A stretch of 45,546 bases of DNA from Guillardia theta CCMP2712 (Eukaryota; Protista; Cryptophyta): assembly GCF_000315625.1 (NCBI RefSeq), contig NW_005434560.1, positions 198,077 to 243,622 of the forward strand, given 5' to 3'. Numbering within the stretch: the stretch's first letter is position 1; each line of letters starts with the position of its first letter. The notes below the pieces were generated by a model that saw only the letters and a program-made list of their open reading frames with translations, had not been told where the DNA came from and ran no database searches. This document shows positions 11,536 to 22,283 of this stretch, in pieces. A program made the position numbers and the translations under genes.

Positions 11536-12268
11536 GATTAGTGTGGCGTGCAACAGTACAACCTCTTGCGCTGGTACGAGCAATGGTGATAATTACAGTG
11601 GGGGTCCATCAAGTTTAGTAACCCTCAAGCCAGAGGAGAACATGTGTGAGCAGTCCCAATTGTCAGCTGCGACAGAATCGGCCATCTGGCACCTTCGGCT
11701 CGGACATCTGGAAGCAAAGATTCAAAAATTACTAGCCGATTCGGTGAAGTATATCACGTACAACAGGCGCCTAAAGAAATCTCCTTGTCACATCTGTAGA
11801 ATAGCAAAGTTCGTCTCACGGCCGATCCATCGACAGTCGGATTTCCGACAGGAGCGGGCATCAGAGGTCAATCAAGTCTGGCATATTGATTTGAAAGACA
11901 TGATTGTACAATCCGAGCCTGGTGGTTATAGATATTTCTTGATCATTGTGGACGTCTTTTCTGGATTTGTGCGAGTACGACCTATGCGCACGAAAAGTCA
12001 GACGGCTGCTATCCTCATGGAAATACTGTTACAAGAGGATCGTGACAGCTCTCGTCCTAAGGTACAGAAGATTGTATCTGACAACGGTTCAGAATTCAGC
12101 TCTGTGGAGCTGGAGAGCTTTTTCGTTGATCGTGGGATACGACATGACAAAATTCCAGAGTACTCTCAGGTCTACAATGCGTTCGCTGAACGTGGAATCA
12201 GAAGCGTGACGTCGATTAATCGGACGTTATTGCGTCAGAGCGGTGTACCGAAGTCGAAGTGGGAATAC
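11536..12268 (+). pseudogene. pol: Copia pol part 1: GAG-pre-integrase and integrase core, 5'-truncated
   Basis: WHLRLGH, CHICRIAK, WHIDL, VSDNGSEF, AERGIRS (DDE). The ORF-track start (11516) lies in SatC. Confidence 0.92.
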
Positions 12269-12495
12269 TGTTAGGGGTTACGTAAGCGGTTACGAATACT
12301 TCAGTCAACTAGCTGTCTTATCCGGTCGGTTTGGTTGGTTTGGTAGGTTTTGGTCGAATAAAATGGATCCGAACTTTCTATACGTTCAGTGAGCGCGATT
12401 GTGTTGAGGTTCCTGTTCGCTTGTTAACGCAAGTTATCAAGTTGGTTCAAGTTCACAGAGTCAAAGCACATCATCAGGATTGTCAATCCCTAACA
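12269..12495 (+). repeat. 5' LTR
   Basis: TG...CA ends with an 8-bp terminal inverted repeat. Identical by eye to 14118-14344. Confidence 0.96.
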
Positions 12496-12593
12496 TTGGT
12501 AGCGTAAGGTTTGGTTTTTGTTCGAAGTAATTGCGGATTGCGACAATTTGATTTGATTTGATCGACAAGGAGCTTGAAAGGTAACCTCTGGAT

Positions 12594-13983
12594 ATGCAAT
12601 CGGATGTAGAAAGGATAAGAAGGTCTCCTGGAGATGGTCCTCTTGGAAGTTCAGGCTTGGCAGTCATGCTTGACAACTTTAGAAGGAGTTTCGATGAGGA
12701 AACGTCTGAAGACAAGACGATGAGGGAAGTTACGACGGTACCTTCTACCTCAGAAGAGGATTCGAACGGAAATCAGCGAGACGTCGCGGGATTTTCGAGG
12801 ATTAATATACCTTCTTATGATGGATCGGTCACGCAACAAGTGCGCGACAGGGAGGGCGCAGTGGACTTGGAAATTTCCAGGATTGCGTCTCCGGCAGGTT
12901 CGACCCGGCCGAGGTTCGAATCAGTGCAGTTTGAAGAATTGGTCGCTGCAAACAAGAAGTTGCGAGAAGAATTGCAACTCGCAATGGACATGCAAGTAAA
13001 GTATGAAGCTTTCGTCAAGGAAGTGATGTTTCGTAAGGAAAGAGAGCTCGTCGAGACAAAACAGGAAATCTCTGTCCTTAGGGAAGAAAATAAAAAAAAT
13101 GTTCGAGGAAATGATGCAACGGTTCAGATTAAATGAATCAGGAGCAGTTCAATACCTTCCGATCAAGGAACCAAGAGGGGCTGATGCAACGTGCAAGCAA
13201 AATGATACGAGCATGTCGAATGACATGTCAAGTCAGCATGTCAAGCAGCAGTCTTCCCTTGTGAAGTTTCATTCCAAGGATATTTCTCGATTTAATGGAG
13301 AAATGACTCTAGAATATTCCGTTGCAAGTTGGTTTGGGGAGCTTGAGTTTCAATTCCAGCGTCAAAGAATTCCTCCAGATCAAAAGGTTGACATCGCTGC
13401 AACATTAGTTGGTAATCGTGTGAGGAATTGGTTGCAAACATTGCGTGGCGAGGATAGATTAATTTCCACACAAGGTACTTGGGAATCATTCAAATCGTTG
13501 CTGGTGAAGGAATATTTGTCGTTGTCGCACTTGCAGTATATTCTGGGTGAGATTCAACGTACGATACAAGGGTCAGAGGAAAAGACTTCGGATTTTGTCA
13601 ACAGGTTTTCAGCTTTAGCAAATCATTTTATTGCTTGTTGCATGGTATTATTTCATGGACAAGGACAAGTCGAGACAGCTTGCACGAGGTTTGGTCTTGA
13701 ACGGTATTTCGCACAGAATTTGTTCGATGAGGTGACCGCGAGTTTCGTCATGAAGTTGTTGATTGACTTGGAAAAGCAAAATGTGAACAAGACTTTGAGT
13801 ATTGGGAGTTTGTTGCCAGCATTGTATCGAGAAGCTAAGTCCATGGATTTGACAACCGATGCGTATAGGAATGACAGGTCAACGCATCATGAGGTTTCGT
13901 ACGATGATGAGTCAGTGGAGGATACCGACGAAGATTCTCAGCATTCATCTTCGACTCAGGATGAGCAGGACTTACGTGAATAA
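12594..13983 (+). CDS. gag: Gag-like protein (coiled coil plus retrotransposon capsid), frameshifted at an A8 run near 13092-13099
   Basis: ORFs 12594-13136 and 13099-13983 join if one A is removed (..EENKKMFEEMM..). Capsid pattern WFGELEFQF..IP..KVDIAATL..VRNWL..WESFKSLLVKEY is Ty3/gypsy-type. Confidence 0.75.
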
Positions 13984-14117
13984 CATTGGCCCAATGCACT
14001 TCGCGCTACTCAATTGAAATGACTTGAGTTGGCTGCCGTTTTCTTGTTATGCAGTATTTTAATGATCAGCGAAGTTCATAGAGATGTTTCTCAGATGATA
14101 ATGCGCTTGGGAGCGTA

Positions 14118-14344
14118 TGTTAGGGGTTACGTAAGCGGTTACGAATACTTCAGTCAACTAGCTGTCTTATCCGGTCGGTTTGGTTGGTTTGGTAGGTTTT
14201 GGTCGAATAAAATGGATCCGAACTTTCTATACGTTCAGTGAGCGCGATTGTGTTGAGGTTCCTGTTCGCTTGTTAACGCAAGTTATCAAGTTGGTTCAAG
14301 TTCACAGAGTCAAAGCACATCATCAGGATTGTCAATCCCTAACA
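14118..14344 (+). repeat. 3' LTR
   Basis: Direct copy of 12269-12495, followed by TSD AATAC. Confidence 0.96.
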
Positions 14345-14349
14345 AATAC

Positions 14350-17300
14350 TCTATCATGCAAGCTGTTATTTTGTACAATGTGCTGCCTAGTGGACGAAAT
14401 CTAGGGTATTCCTCACCATACTTGATATATACAACCGAGCAGTTTGACTTTCGCAAGCTGAAGGTGTTTGGGTGCAGCACTTTCTTCAAGAATGAACTAC
14501 GCACGTCAAAGGTGGATGACCCAGCAATTCATGGTTTAAATCTGGGAAACGCGTGCGCTTTCTCTGGATATAAGGTGGGGTATTTGGTTTGGGATATCGA
14601 GCATGATAGAATCGTCCATACGAATAATCTTACGTTTGACGAGCTGTATTTTCCATTACGTTGCCGACGTTTTCAGGCGTCTAATGTGGAGGATGAATTT
14701 TTGAAGGAACTAGTACCTTGTGCACCAGTGGCATCTGACGATGACGAAGAATCCTCGGAAAATGCGAGTGAAACAGAATTGCAAATTCCTGAGGAAGTTG
14801 CAACGTCTGGCAGGAAGCGACAGGGAGACTCTGGTCCTGACGCAAGTGAAGTTTCCGCGAGCAAGCGCCTCCAATTGGAATTTCCACCTTCCACGGTCCA
14901 AGGCCTGACATCTGGAGATCAACGGGAGGATACAGGAGAGCATCGGTTGGGGGATGATACCGAATATGTGCCTGACGGTGCAGTGTCTCCAGTTCCTCCA
15001 GCAGGCCGAAGAACACGGAGGGATTTTAAGGAGGAGCGTGGGGTCTTGGAAAGCAAATATGTCAATCGAGATGTCGAAGTTCTTGTAAATGGTCAAGTAG
15101 AGCAAGGCAAAATTCTGCAGATAGTTTTCAAGGAGGGAAAGTTTCTCGCGCGGATTGTTTTCCCAACTCTCGACAATTACTGGGTGTTACGGTCTGTCAC
15201 TGATCCTGACATCAAGTTTTTGGAACGAACCGAACAGAAAGCAATGGTGGTGCTTACAAGTGGGGAGACAATGTCGGAGGTCTGCATGTTAGCAGATTAT
15301 TATTCGTGCAGTTTTCCACCGAACGTCTTTGGTGATATGTCCGACCATACCAAAGTACCTTGACCGGGCAGCGGATGAGATCATGGATGTTGTCGAAGCT
15401 ACAGTGGGTGGATCACCTGAAGTTGTTGTACTCTCACAGCACAAGCAATTTCCGCAGTACCTGCATGTAACAAATATAGTGCACGGGTCGACTGAGTCTG
15501 AAGAAATCTTGTATGTTTGGGACAGGGCGGATGATAACATGAAAGGCAGTCAGCCAGTATGCCCGCGTTTTGTTCCAGTATGGAGGGATGAGATGTACAA
15601 AACTCGTTTACAGCATGTCGATCCTGTGTCATCTGCCCCACAGGTCAGTGCTGATGTGGACTCTACTTTCAGAGATACGCGTCTTCTTGTGGCGAATCTA
15701 GCGTTGGTCTCTCCCGTATGGGACGCGGTGGAGCTGGCGTCTGACTTGTTATCTCTGATGTCTTCCGACCGTGACAATCCAGCTGCAATGCCTGAGATTC
15801 AGGCAGATTACGCAATGACAGCGGCCTGCGATGCAGGAAATGTGGAGAACGAAAGTAGTTTTGACAAGTTACCAGATCCCAAGACAAGGTCAGAGATGTT
15901 ACGTCGTCCGGATCGGCATCTTTGGGAGCAGGCTGAAAAGGAGGAAATTGCGAAGATCGAAAGTCGAGGCGTCTGGGTAGTTGTTACGCGTGATCAGAAA
16001 AACAGGGAGTCAAATCATTCTGTCCTTGCTCGCGGCTTGTGGGTGTATGCCTCAAAACGAGACTTGAAGGGCAAGATCTTGAAACGAAAGGGGCGGCTAG
16101 TTATCATGGGCAACTTACTCCCTTCATCTGAAGAATTGTTTGCACCGACTACATCGTTGGACAATATCCGGCTCTTGCTGAGCATCGCGGTTGATACCTC
16201 CAGATATCATGAGTCTTCTTCCTGAGTGCCTCCTCAAAGTCTTGAAGTCGCTCTATGGACTTCGCATTGCACCAAGGAGATGGTATCTTAAGTTCACGCA
16301 GGTGTTGAAGACGGTGGGAGCAAGTGGGATAGGACATGATGAGATCATCTACCGATACTCCAACTGTGCGGGGGACGTCTTGCTTCTGACTGTCTTCGTG
16401 GATGACTTACTCATTGTCTCTCAAACTGAAGCAGTTAAGATTGAGTTTCTTGAGAAGCTCAACACAGTATTCGACTTTTCGGGGAGTGAGGCAACAGGTA
16501 CCTTCTTGGGCATTCACATAGAACAGAATGACGATCAGGGTCGGATAACTTTGTCACAACAGCATTTCATTGAAAAGATTGTTGAACGCTTTGAAATAGT
16601 TGCCAGGGGCGTCAAAACGGTATTACCTGGTCACTATCTCAAGACTTATCACTTGGAGGGTAAGTTGTTGAACAAGAAGGAAGTCCGCACTTATCAGAGT
16701 CTCCTGGGGTCCATTCTCTACGTGGCAAATTGTACGCGGGTTGATATCGCATTCGCAACGAGCGTCCTTAGTCGCTTTGCTCGTGCTCCTCGGCAGTGCG
16801 ATATGGATGCCTTAATTCATCTTCTACACTTCTACAGTACCTTTACACTACTCGGGAGGTTCAGATTGTATACCATTGTCACGGTGTCTCTTACCACCAG
16901 GAGTGTTTTGTCAATGAGATGATTGCATTCAGTGATGCTGGTTGGGGTACCGAGATTATCACGAGACGGAGTCAAAGCGGATATGGAATCGTTCTGAATG
17001 GTGGGGTAGTCGTCTTTGGATCCAAAATGCAGAAGGTTGTTGCCCTGAGTTCTTCAGAAGCTGAAATTTATGCTGCCACCACATGCGCAAAACTAGTCAA
17101 GCTTTATAGAAATCTCTTGGGTCAGATGGGATTTATGCAGACTCGTCCTACTCTCTTGCTAATCGACAATGAACCATGTCTGAGGCTTTTGTGGGACAAG
17201 CGAAGTTATAGTCGACTCAAGCACATTGATATTCGAACGAAGTATGCTGTTGATTTGGTAGAAAAGGACGAGCTCTATCCAGAAAAGATTCATACTTCTT

Positions 17301-17401
17301 ATCAGCCTGGTGATTTGCTGACGAAAGTTCTGCCTTTGAATCGGTGGAGGCTCATTGGTGAATTTCTTTTCGGAGGCCCCTTACCTGATATGCTGCTCTG
17401 A
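14350..17401 (+). pseudogene. pol: Copia pol part 2: integrase C-terminus/SH3, long linker, RT, RNase H; three frame disruptions
   Basis: Excising the nested element restores KWEY-SIMQAVILYNVLP. Motifs LKVFGC, KRKGRLV, ELFAPT, KSLYGLRIAPRRWY, FVDD, TRVDIAF, FSDAGWG, ALSSSEAE, KHIDIR, DLLTK. Frameshift near 15350, deletion near 16190 removing the 'DVKTAFL'-type RT motif, and an 8-bp duplication CTTCTACA at 16821-16836. Confidence 0.92.
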
Positions 17402-17539
17402 GGATGCTCGCCTGTCATGCTCTCTGCGCTTCTGTCGGGGACAGTGCTACTCTGTTCCCATGCCGTCAGTCAAAGTTGTATGCCCCGTGTGTGGTTGACG
17501 GTGATCCGAGCTCCAGCCTCCGACAGGGAGATCGTGCTG

Positions 17540-17921
17540 CCACCTTCCATCTGAGGAGCCCCACCGCAAACATACCCCCAGATCCCCTCCCACCTTCCAT
17601 CTGAGGTCATGGAGAGGCTCATTGGCCTCCATCTAGACTGATCTGATACCTCCTTGTGTCATCCGACTCATATATATACTGAGGCGGGCCCGCAGGGCCC
17701 GCCTTAGAAAAAACTCATAACGTCGGGAGCCCCACCGCAAACATACCCCCAGATCCCCTCCCACCTTCCATCTGAGGTCATGGAGAGGCTCATTGGCCTC
17801 CATCTAGACTGATCTGATACCTCCTTGTGTCATCCGACTCATATATATACTGAGGCGGGCCCGCAGGGCCCGCCTTAGAAAAAACTCATAACGTCGGGAG
17901 CCCCACCGCAAACATACCCCC
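17540..17921 (+). repeat. Satellite C block, about 2.2 units
   Basis: CCCCACCGCAAACATACCCCC recurs at 17559, 17730 and 17901 (171-bp period). Confidence 0.97.
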
Positions 17922-19841
17922 ATACGGTTTATCTCTCGTTCCAGCTCATGGCCTGCTCCTTCCATTGCTCTTTCAACACTTACTTCTTTACGGACGATCA
18001 GTGCAAGCAGTGCAACGCTTCCTGCGCACTGGGGACGCAGTTCCAGGGGTGCAACCCGGACGGGACGCCGATCTGTACGACCTGCACTCAGAGCCTGCCG
18101 GTTCATTCCGAGTGGGAGAAGAACCTCTGTGTTCACAAGTGTGATCCGGGGTACTACGCCTTCAATTCTTCCCTCTGCCTCCCTTGTGATACGTCGCCGT
18201 GCCCCGTGGGAGAGTACAGGGATACGTGCCAGGCGGTGGTCGGGGCGGTATGCCAGCAGTGTACCACCAAGAGGTCTACGATGGGGGCCTACCAGAGCTA
18301 CGAGGCTTTCATCACACCGGGCGTTCCGTTCGACGTTGATAATTGCAAGACAGAGTGTGTTGCAGGCGCTTTCCGCCATGGCCCGAACTGCTTCCCCTGC
18401 CGGCAGGCCCCCTTCGCTTCCTGGGAGCTTCTCGACCCCGTGCCGCACTGGACGTTGGCTTGCACCCGGGTTCAGGATGCCAAGGCGATGCCCTGCACGA
18501 GTTTGAAGAATGGGAGGTACACGGGTTACGCGACGGCCCTGGACCGGGATTGTCCAGCGGTATGCAACCCGGGGTATTACCTGGAACGGGTGCCGACAGG
18601 GTTCCAGGTGCCCTATTGGGAGCTCGGGACTCAGCCGGGCAACCAGACGTCGATGACAGTGTATGTGAATATTTCGAGGTGCATCCCCTGCATGTCATCG
18701 CCGCTCACCAACGGTGCATACACGGACGCTTGCAATTACGTCTGTGACAAGGATTATGTGAAGGACCCCAACGCTTCGATGCCCTACCGTTGCCTCTACT
18801 GTCCCGGGCAGGCCTGCAGCAGCGGGGAGTACCAGAGTGGATGCGGGGCTTCGGCCGCCTGCAAGGCGTGCGACCCACTGTCAGACCCTCATCGGACCTA
18901 CACCGGGCAGGGGTATTACATGGACCCCGCATCTTGCCCTGAGCAGTGTGCGAGCGGGTACTGGGCCGCTTCCACCGCTGTGAACTGCACGGCCTGCACG
19001 GCAGAAGCCTCGCTGAACTGCTCGCTTGCCACCCACTTTGTCAGGAGGTGCGCGCCAACGTCCGACGCCAAGTGTCTGCCCTGCACCGCCTCATGCGATC
19101 GCAAATCTGCAGTGTGCCCGCTGCCTCAACCCATTGCCTACCAACGCGCGGTTCCAGTCCGAGTGCCAGTTCCAGTGCTTCGCGGACTATGTGCAGTATA
19201 ACTCAACATACTGTGGATATTGCAACCCGAACCGGGTCTGTGGTGTCGGCACTTACATGGACGCTTGCCAGAGCTCGAATGGCTTTACTGGATGTTCCCC
19301 TTGCAGGAATGGCCTTGCGCAGAACAGCACGGTGATCTACATGACGGCGGGCGACCCGTACTCGCCCTACTCCTGCTCGTGGAAGTGCGCCACGGGTTAC
19401 ACCCTCGGTCGGAACTCGAGCGGTGGTCTGGCCTGCCTTCCACCGGTGAACTATATCATGCCGACGCCCGCCCCCCTCCAGACGCCGTCATCCTACTGCC
19501 CCCCAGGCCAGTTCCTGACGAACCAGCTCACCTGCCAGGCCTGCAGTGACGTGCTTCCATCCAAGTACGCGACTTGGACAACGGGATGCAGCTGGATATG
19601 CACCGGCGGTCGCATCGCCGTGCAGCATCCCATCCAGAAGTGGTACACCTGCATGCTGTACTCGGATTACCAGGCAATTGCTCTCAATCCAAGGCGCGTG
19701 ATGGTCCAGAGCCCCTTCAACGACACCTACAGGCCTCACGTGGTCGGGTACAGCCAGCAGGCCTCTGGGATTGCCGCGGCGGGGTTTGCCTGCATCGTGG
19801 GCTTCATCGGCATGGGGCTCCTTTGTTGTAGGTACAAGTGA
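17922..19841 (+). pseudogene. Cys-rich (TNFR/GCC2-GCC3-like repeat) type I membrane protein, 5'-truncated and frameshifted near 19100
   Basis: The frame is open back to the SatC junction, with no signal peptide. CxxC and CxxGYY repeats. ORF 17948-19201 continues in 19026-19841, which ends in a TM helix and CCRYK. Confidence 0.75.
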
Positions 19842-19883
19842 TGGTGAGGATCCGATATAAACATAGACCCCTGTGTATTGGGT

Positions 19884-20663
19884 ATGATGTCGAACGGGAA
19901 GAGGAATCTGGCGAGGGTGTGGTCGGATGTCGCGATGGGCGAGCTCTCCGTGCTGACCTGCCTCTGTGGGCTTGCCTTCATCATGCAGTACAGCGTCTTT
20001 TTCATGCTCATGTTCAAACAGCCGGGCATCAGGGACTTCAACGCCCCGTACTGTGAATCTCTCCATTATATCAGCGACAAGCTCGCGATGGACAAGGGTG
20101 TGGCGAGCCTTATGGTGATCAGCGGCGTGCTCTCGTGGGTGGTGATTGGGGTTATCAGCGCGAGGCAAGACACATGGGTGAACCGCGGTATATTCGGCTG
20201 GTTGGCCACGGTGGGGTATGCGGGAACAGTGGCCGTGGTCCTTTTCAACAACACCAGCAACAACGGGGATATTCATCTTGCCGGGGCGGGTGTGTTGGCT
20301 GTGTCGTACATTATTGCACAGATCATACTGAGCCTGATCTACTTCGCCGAGAAGTCCATATCGAAGATCAGCAAGTGGTCCGCCCTAGCGTTGAGCTTTG
20401 CCTGCCTTTGCTTCCTTCTCGCGTACATTATCGTTTACTTCACTATGGTCTACTTGAATTCGCCCTGTCGGAGCACCGTGGTGATACTCGAGTACGTGGT
20501 CTACCTGATCACTTCGTTGAACAATGTCATTGTCTATGTCGCATTCACGGCTAACCATACCCGCAAGAAAATAGACTTCTATGACAGGAGGAATGGCAAT
20601 ATTGGCATGGATTTTGTCCCTGTTGTGCATCCCAAGGTGGAACTAGAAAGGCTCATTTACTGA
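19884..20663 (+). CDS. Multi-pass membrane protein, possibly Frag1/DRAM/Sfk1-like
   Basis: About 6 hydrophobic helices, with YISD, HLAGA and late LEY motifs resembling that family. TATAAA at 19856. Confidence 0.55.
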   Translation: MMSNGKRNLARVWSDVAMGELSVLTCLCGLAFIMQYSVFFMLMFKQPGIRDFNAPYCESLHYISDKLAMDKGVASLMVISGVLSWVVIGVISARQDTWVNRGIFGWLATVGYAGTVAVVLFNNTSNNGDIHLAGAGVLAVSYIIAQIILSLIYFAEKSISKISKWSALALSFACLCFLLAYIIVYFTMVYLNSPCRSTVVILEYVVYLITSLNNVIVYVAFTANHTRKKIDFYDRRNGNIGMDFVPVVHPKVELERLIY

Positions 20664-20694
20664 TAGATGATTATAAGAGCGGTACGGAACACCG

Positions 20695-21048
20695 TTGAGC
20701 AAAGCGACGGCGAGGTGGGTCATTGCCATGATTGCCCTTCTATCGTATGCAATACCTGTTTTCCTTGTCAGTATGGGATCAGTGTCCCTCATCATATGCG
20801 TGCAGGCGATCAGGCTCATGATACCTTTCGTTGAAGATCGTGACGAGCTCCTGACCGATCAGAAGGAGCTGCCATCCTGGCCCGTGTTCTCGGCCGGCGG
20901 TTGTGCCATCGATATTGGAGTTATCGGTTCGTCTAAGGATGAGATGCTTATTACATCGGTCGATTCACCTGCATGCGTGAGGGATGACACCGTCGCGGAT
21001 GTTTCGGAAACGGGAGGTTCGCAGTTCGAAGACGCGTTGGAGCCCTGA
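20695..21048 (+). CDS. Small membrane protein, hypothetical
   Basis: Hydrophobic N-terminal half and TATAAG at about 20672. The 3' part overlaps the opposite-strand ORF. Confidence 0.4.
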   Translation: MSKATARWVIAMIALLSYAIPVFLVSMGSVSLIICVQAIRLMIPFVEDRDELLTDQKELPSWPVFSAGGCAIDIGVIGSSKDEMLITSVDSPACVRDDTVADVSETGGSQFEDALEP

Positions 21049-21497
21049 TCGGTGAATGAAAAATCCATCGTCTGCTCGTGTGTGACCGTGTCACGATCGC
21101 TCATATCCTCCACGCTGCTGATGTCATCATCCGCCTCGACCCCACCGCCATCGTCATCCTCTACCACTTCTCCTTGGAGATCATCCTCGCTCTCTTCGGA
21201 ATTCTGGTCGTACCGGAAGAATCCGCCCCCCTTCTTACCCGGGTAGTAGTCTGAGTCGTAACTCGCTTCGCTGATTCCTTCCTCCTCATCCTCCTCCTCC
21301 TCCTCCTCTTCCTCCTCTAATGACTGATCTTCATTCACGTCCGGATGCAAGGCAACATCCCTCGTGATCTCATCGTTCAGTGTCCTCGCTGCCTGCTGGA
21401 AGCGGGAGCTGCGCTCGTCCAGCTCCTCCCACTCGTAAACCTCCCTCACCCGGTTCAAAGCCTCCTGGACGCATCTCCGTTTTGGCCTCTCGCTCAT
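20859..21497 (-). CDS. Acidic low-complexity protein, hypothetical
   Basis: 212 aa with a basic NLS-like start (RPKRR) and a poly-E/D tract. Confidence 0.65.
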   Translation of the reverse strand: MSERPKRRCVQEALNRVREVYEWEELDERSSRFQQAARTLNDEITRDVALHPDVNEDQSLEEEEEEEEEDEEEGISEASYDSDYYPGKKGGGFFRYDQNSEESEDDLQGEVVEDDDGGGVEADDDISSVEDMSDRDTVTHEQTMDFSFTDQGSNASSNCEPPVSETSATVSSLTHAGESTDVISISSLDEPITPISMAQPPAENTGQDGSSF

Positions 21498-21559
21498 CCT
21501 CTACGCTCACAGCCGTCGCAGTTCACGAGTTGATCCCTTGGATCTTTTTTATTTCCCGT

Positions 21560-21916
21560 CTACGCTGAATGGATAGATAAGCAGACCTGGCAGGGCTCGT
21601 TGATGGGAACGTGGATCCTGTCCTCTCCCCGCACATGTACGAACAGCATTCTTCCATTGGACAGGATGTAATGGTCCTGCAGCGCACTCCTGTCCTGCTT
21701 CTCCACCGGGGGTGGCTTTCCTGGGAATGCGTAGCCGTTGCACCTCGCTTTCCCCTTCATCTCTCTGCAGGTCACGCCGGAGCGCACGAGAGAGTGGCAT
21801 TTGTCGCCAAGGTAATGGCCGCACGACCAGCACACGATTGGATCGGGCATCCAGTTCAGGTGCCAAACGTCGAGTAGATCATCGCTGGGGGCGAAGCTCC
21901 TTTTGGGTGGAGGCAT
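21560..21916 (-). CDS. Small Cys/His-rich (putative zinc-binding) protein
   Basis: 118 aa with CWSC, C..C and CQVC. Confidence 0.55.
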   Translation of the reverse strand: MPPPKRSFAPSDDLLDVWHLNWMPDPIVCWSCGHYLGDKCHSLVRSGVTCREMKGKARCNGYAFPGKPPPVEKQDRSALQDHYILSNGRMLFVHVRGEDRIHVPINEPCQVCLSIHSA

Positions 21917-21977
21917 GGCGGTGATTATGGAAGCCTGGTTGAACTCCTCGATCCATGGGCATCAAAAAAAAGCATAG

Positions 21978-22220
21978 ATGAGGTGTGCACCGATGCGTTA
22001 CCTATGCGATGGTCAAGGTATGATCAGAAGAGAGAAGCTTGTCGATATGGTATGGGATGTACTGGAGGAGTCGAGCCTGATTTTGATATGGGTTGGTATG
22101 TGGAATGTCCTTTGTATAGTGTTCGACGACACATCCATCAGCATGAACATAGCACTGAGCATGGTGGGTTTTTTTGTTCGCTCTGTCCTTGTTGTTGCGA
22201 ATGAGAACGCAACGCGGTGA
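21978..22220 (+). CDS. Small two-TM protein, hypothetical
   Basis: Two hydrophobic segments, followed by a T tract. Start uncertain. Confidence 0.5.
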   Translation: MRCAPMRYLCDGQGMIRREKLVDMVWDVLEESSLILIWVGMWNVLCIVFDDTSISMNIALSMVGFFVRSVLVVANENATR

Positions 22221-22283
22221 GATTGTTTTTTTTTTGATTTCGTAGGGATAGGGTGTGGGCATCGGCCGATACGTCCGTGATCA

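Larger units (their letters stand above)
12269..14344 (+). mobile_element. Gag-only non-autonomous LTR retroelement (TR-GAG-like, 2076 bp) nested in the copia integrase
   Basis: Two 227-bp LTRs, TGTTAGGG...CCCTAACA. 5-bp TSD AATAC at 12264-12268 and 14345-14349. PBS-like TGGTAGCG just after the 5' LTR. No pol. Confidence 0.95.
11536..17539 (+). mobile_element. Truncated, inactivated Ty1/copia LTR retrotransposon (IN-RT-RNaseH only; no gag, protease or recognisable LTRs)
   Basis: Domain order integrase > RT > RNase H is diagnostic of copia. Bounded on both sides by SatC. Confidence 0.93.

Noticed and set aside
13085-13105. Programmed ribosomal frameshift in gag
   Set aside because: It lies within gag and upstream of the capsid domain. 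One extra A in a homopolymer is more simply a mutation or sequencing error.
17402-17539. 3' LTR of the copia element
   Set aside because: No clear PPT or TG start, and no 5' LTR to compare with.
17853-17885. Rho-independent terminator in SatC
   Set aside because: The hairpin is followed by an A-tract on plus and preceded by the T-tract on minus, which is the wrong geometry. The context is also eukaryotic.
17730-17900. Primate alpha satellite (171 bp)
   Set aside because: Length coincidence only. The sequence is GC-balanced and shows no alphoid similarity or CENP-B box that I can see.
20859-21048. Genuine 190-bp overlapping gene pair
   Set aside because: Both overlapping tails are low-complexity. 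Cannot be distinguished from stop-codon loss or chance in GC-rich DNA.
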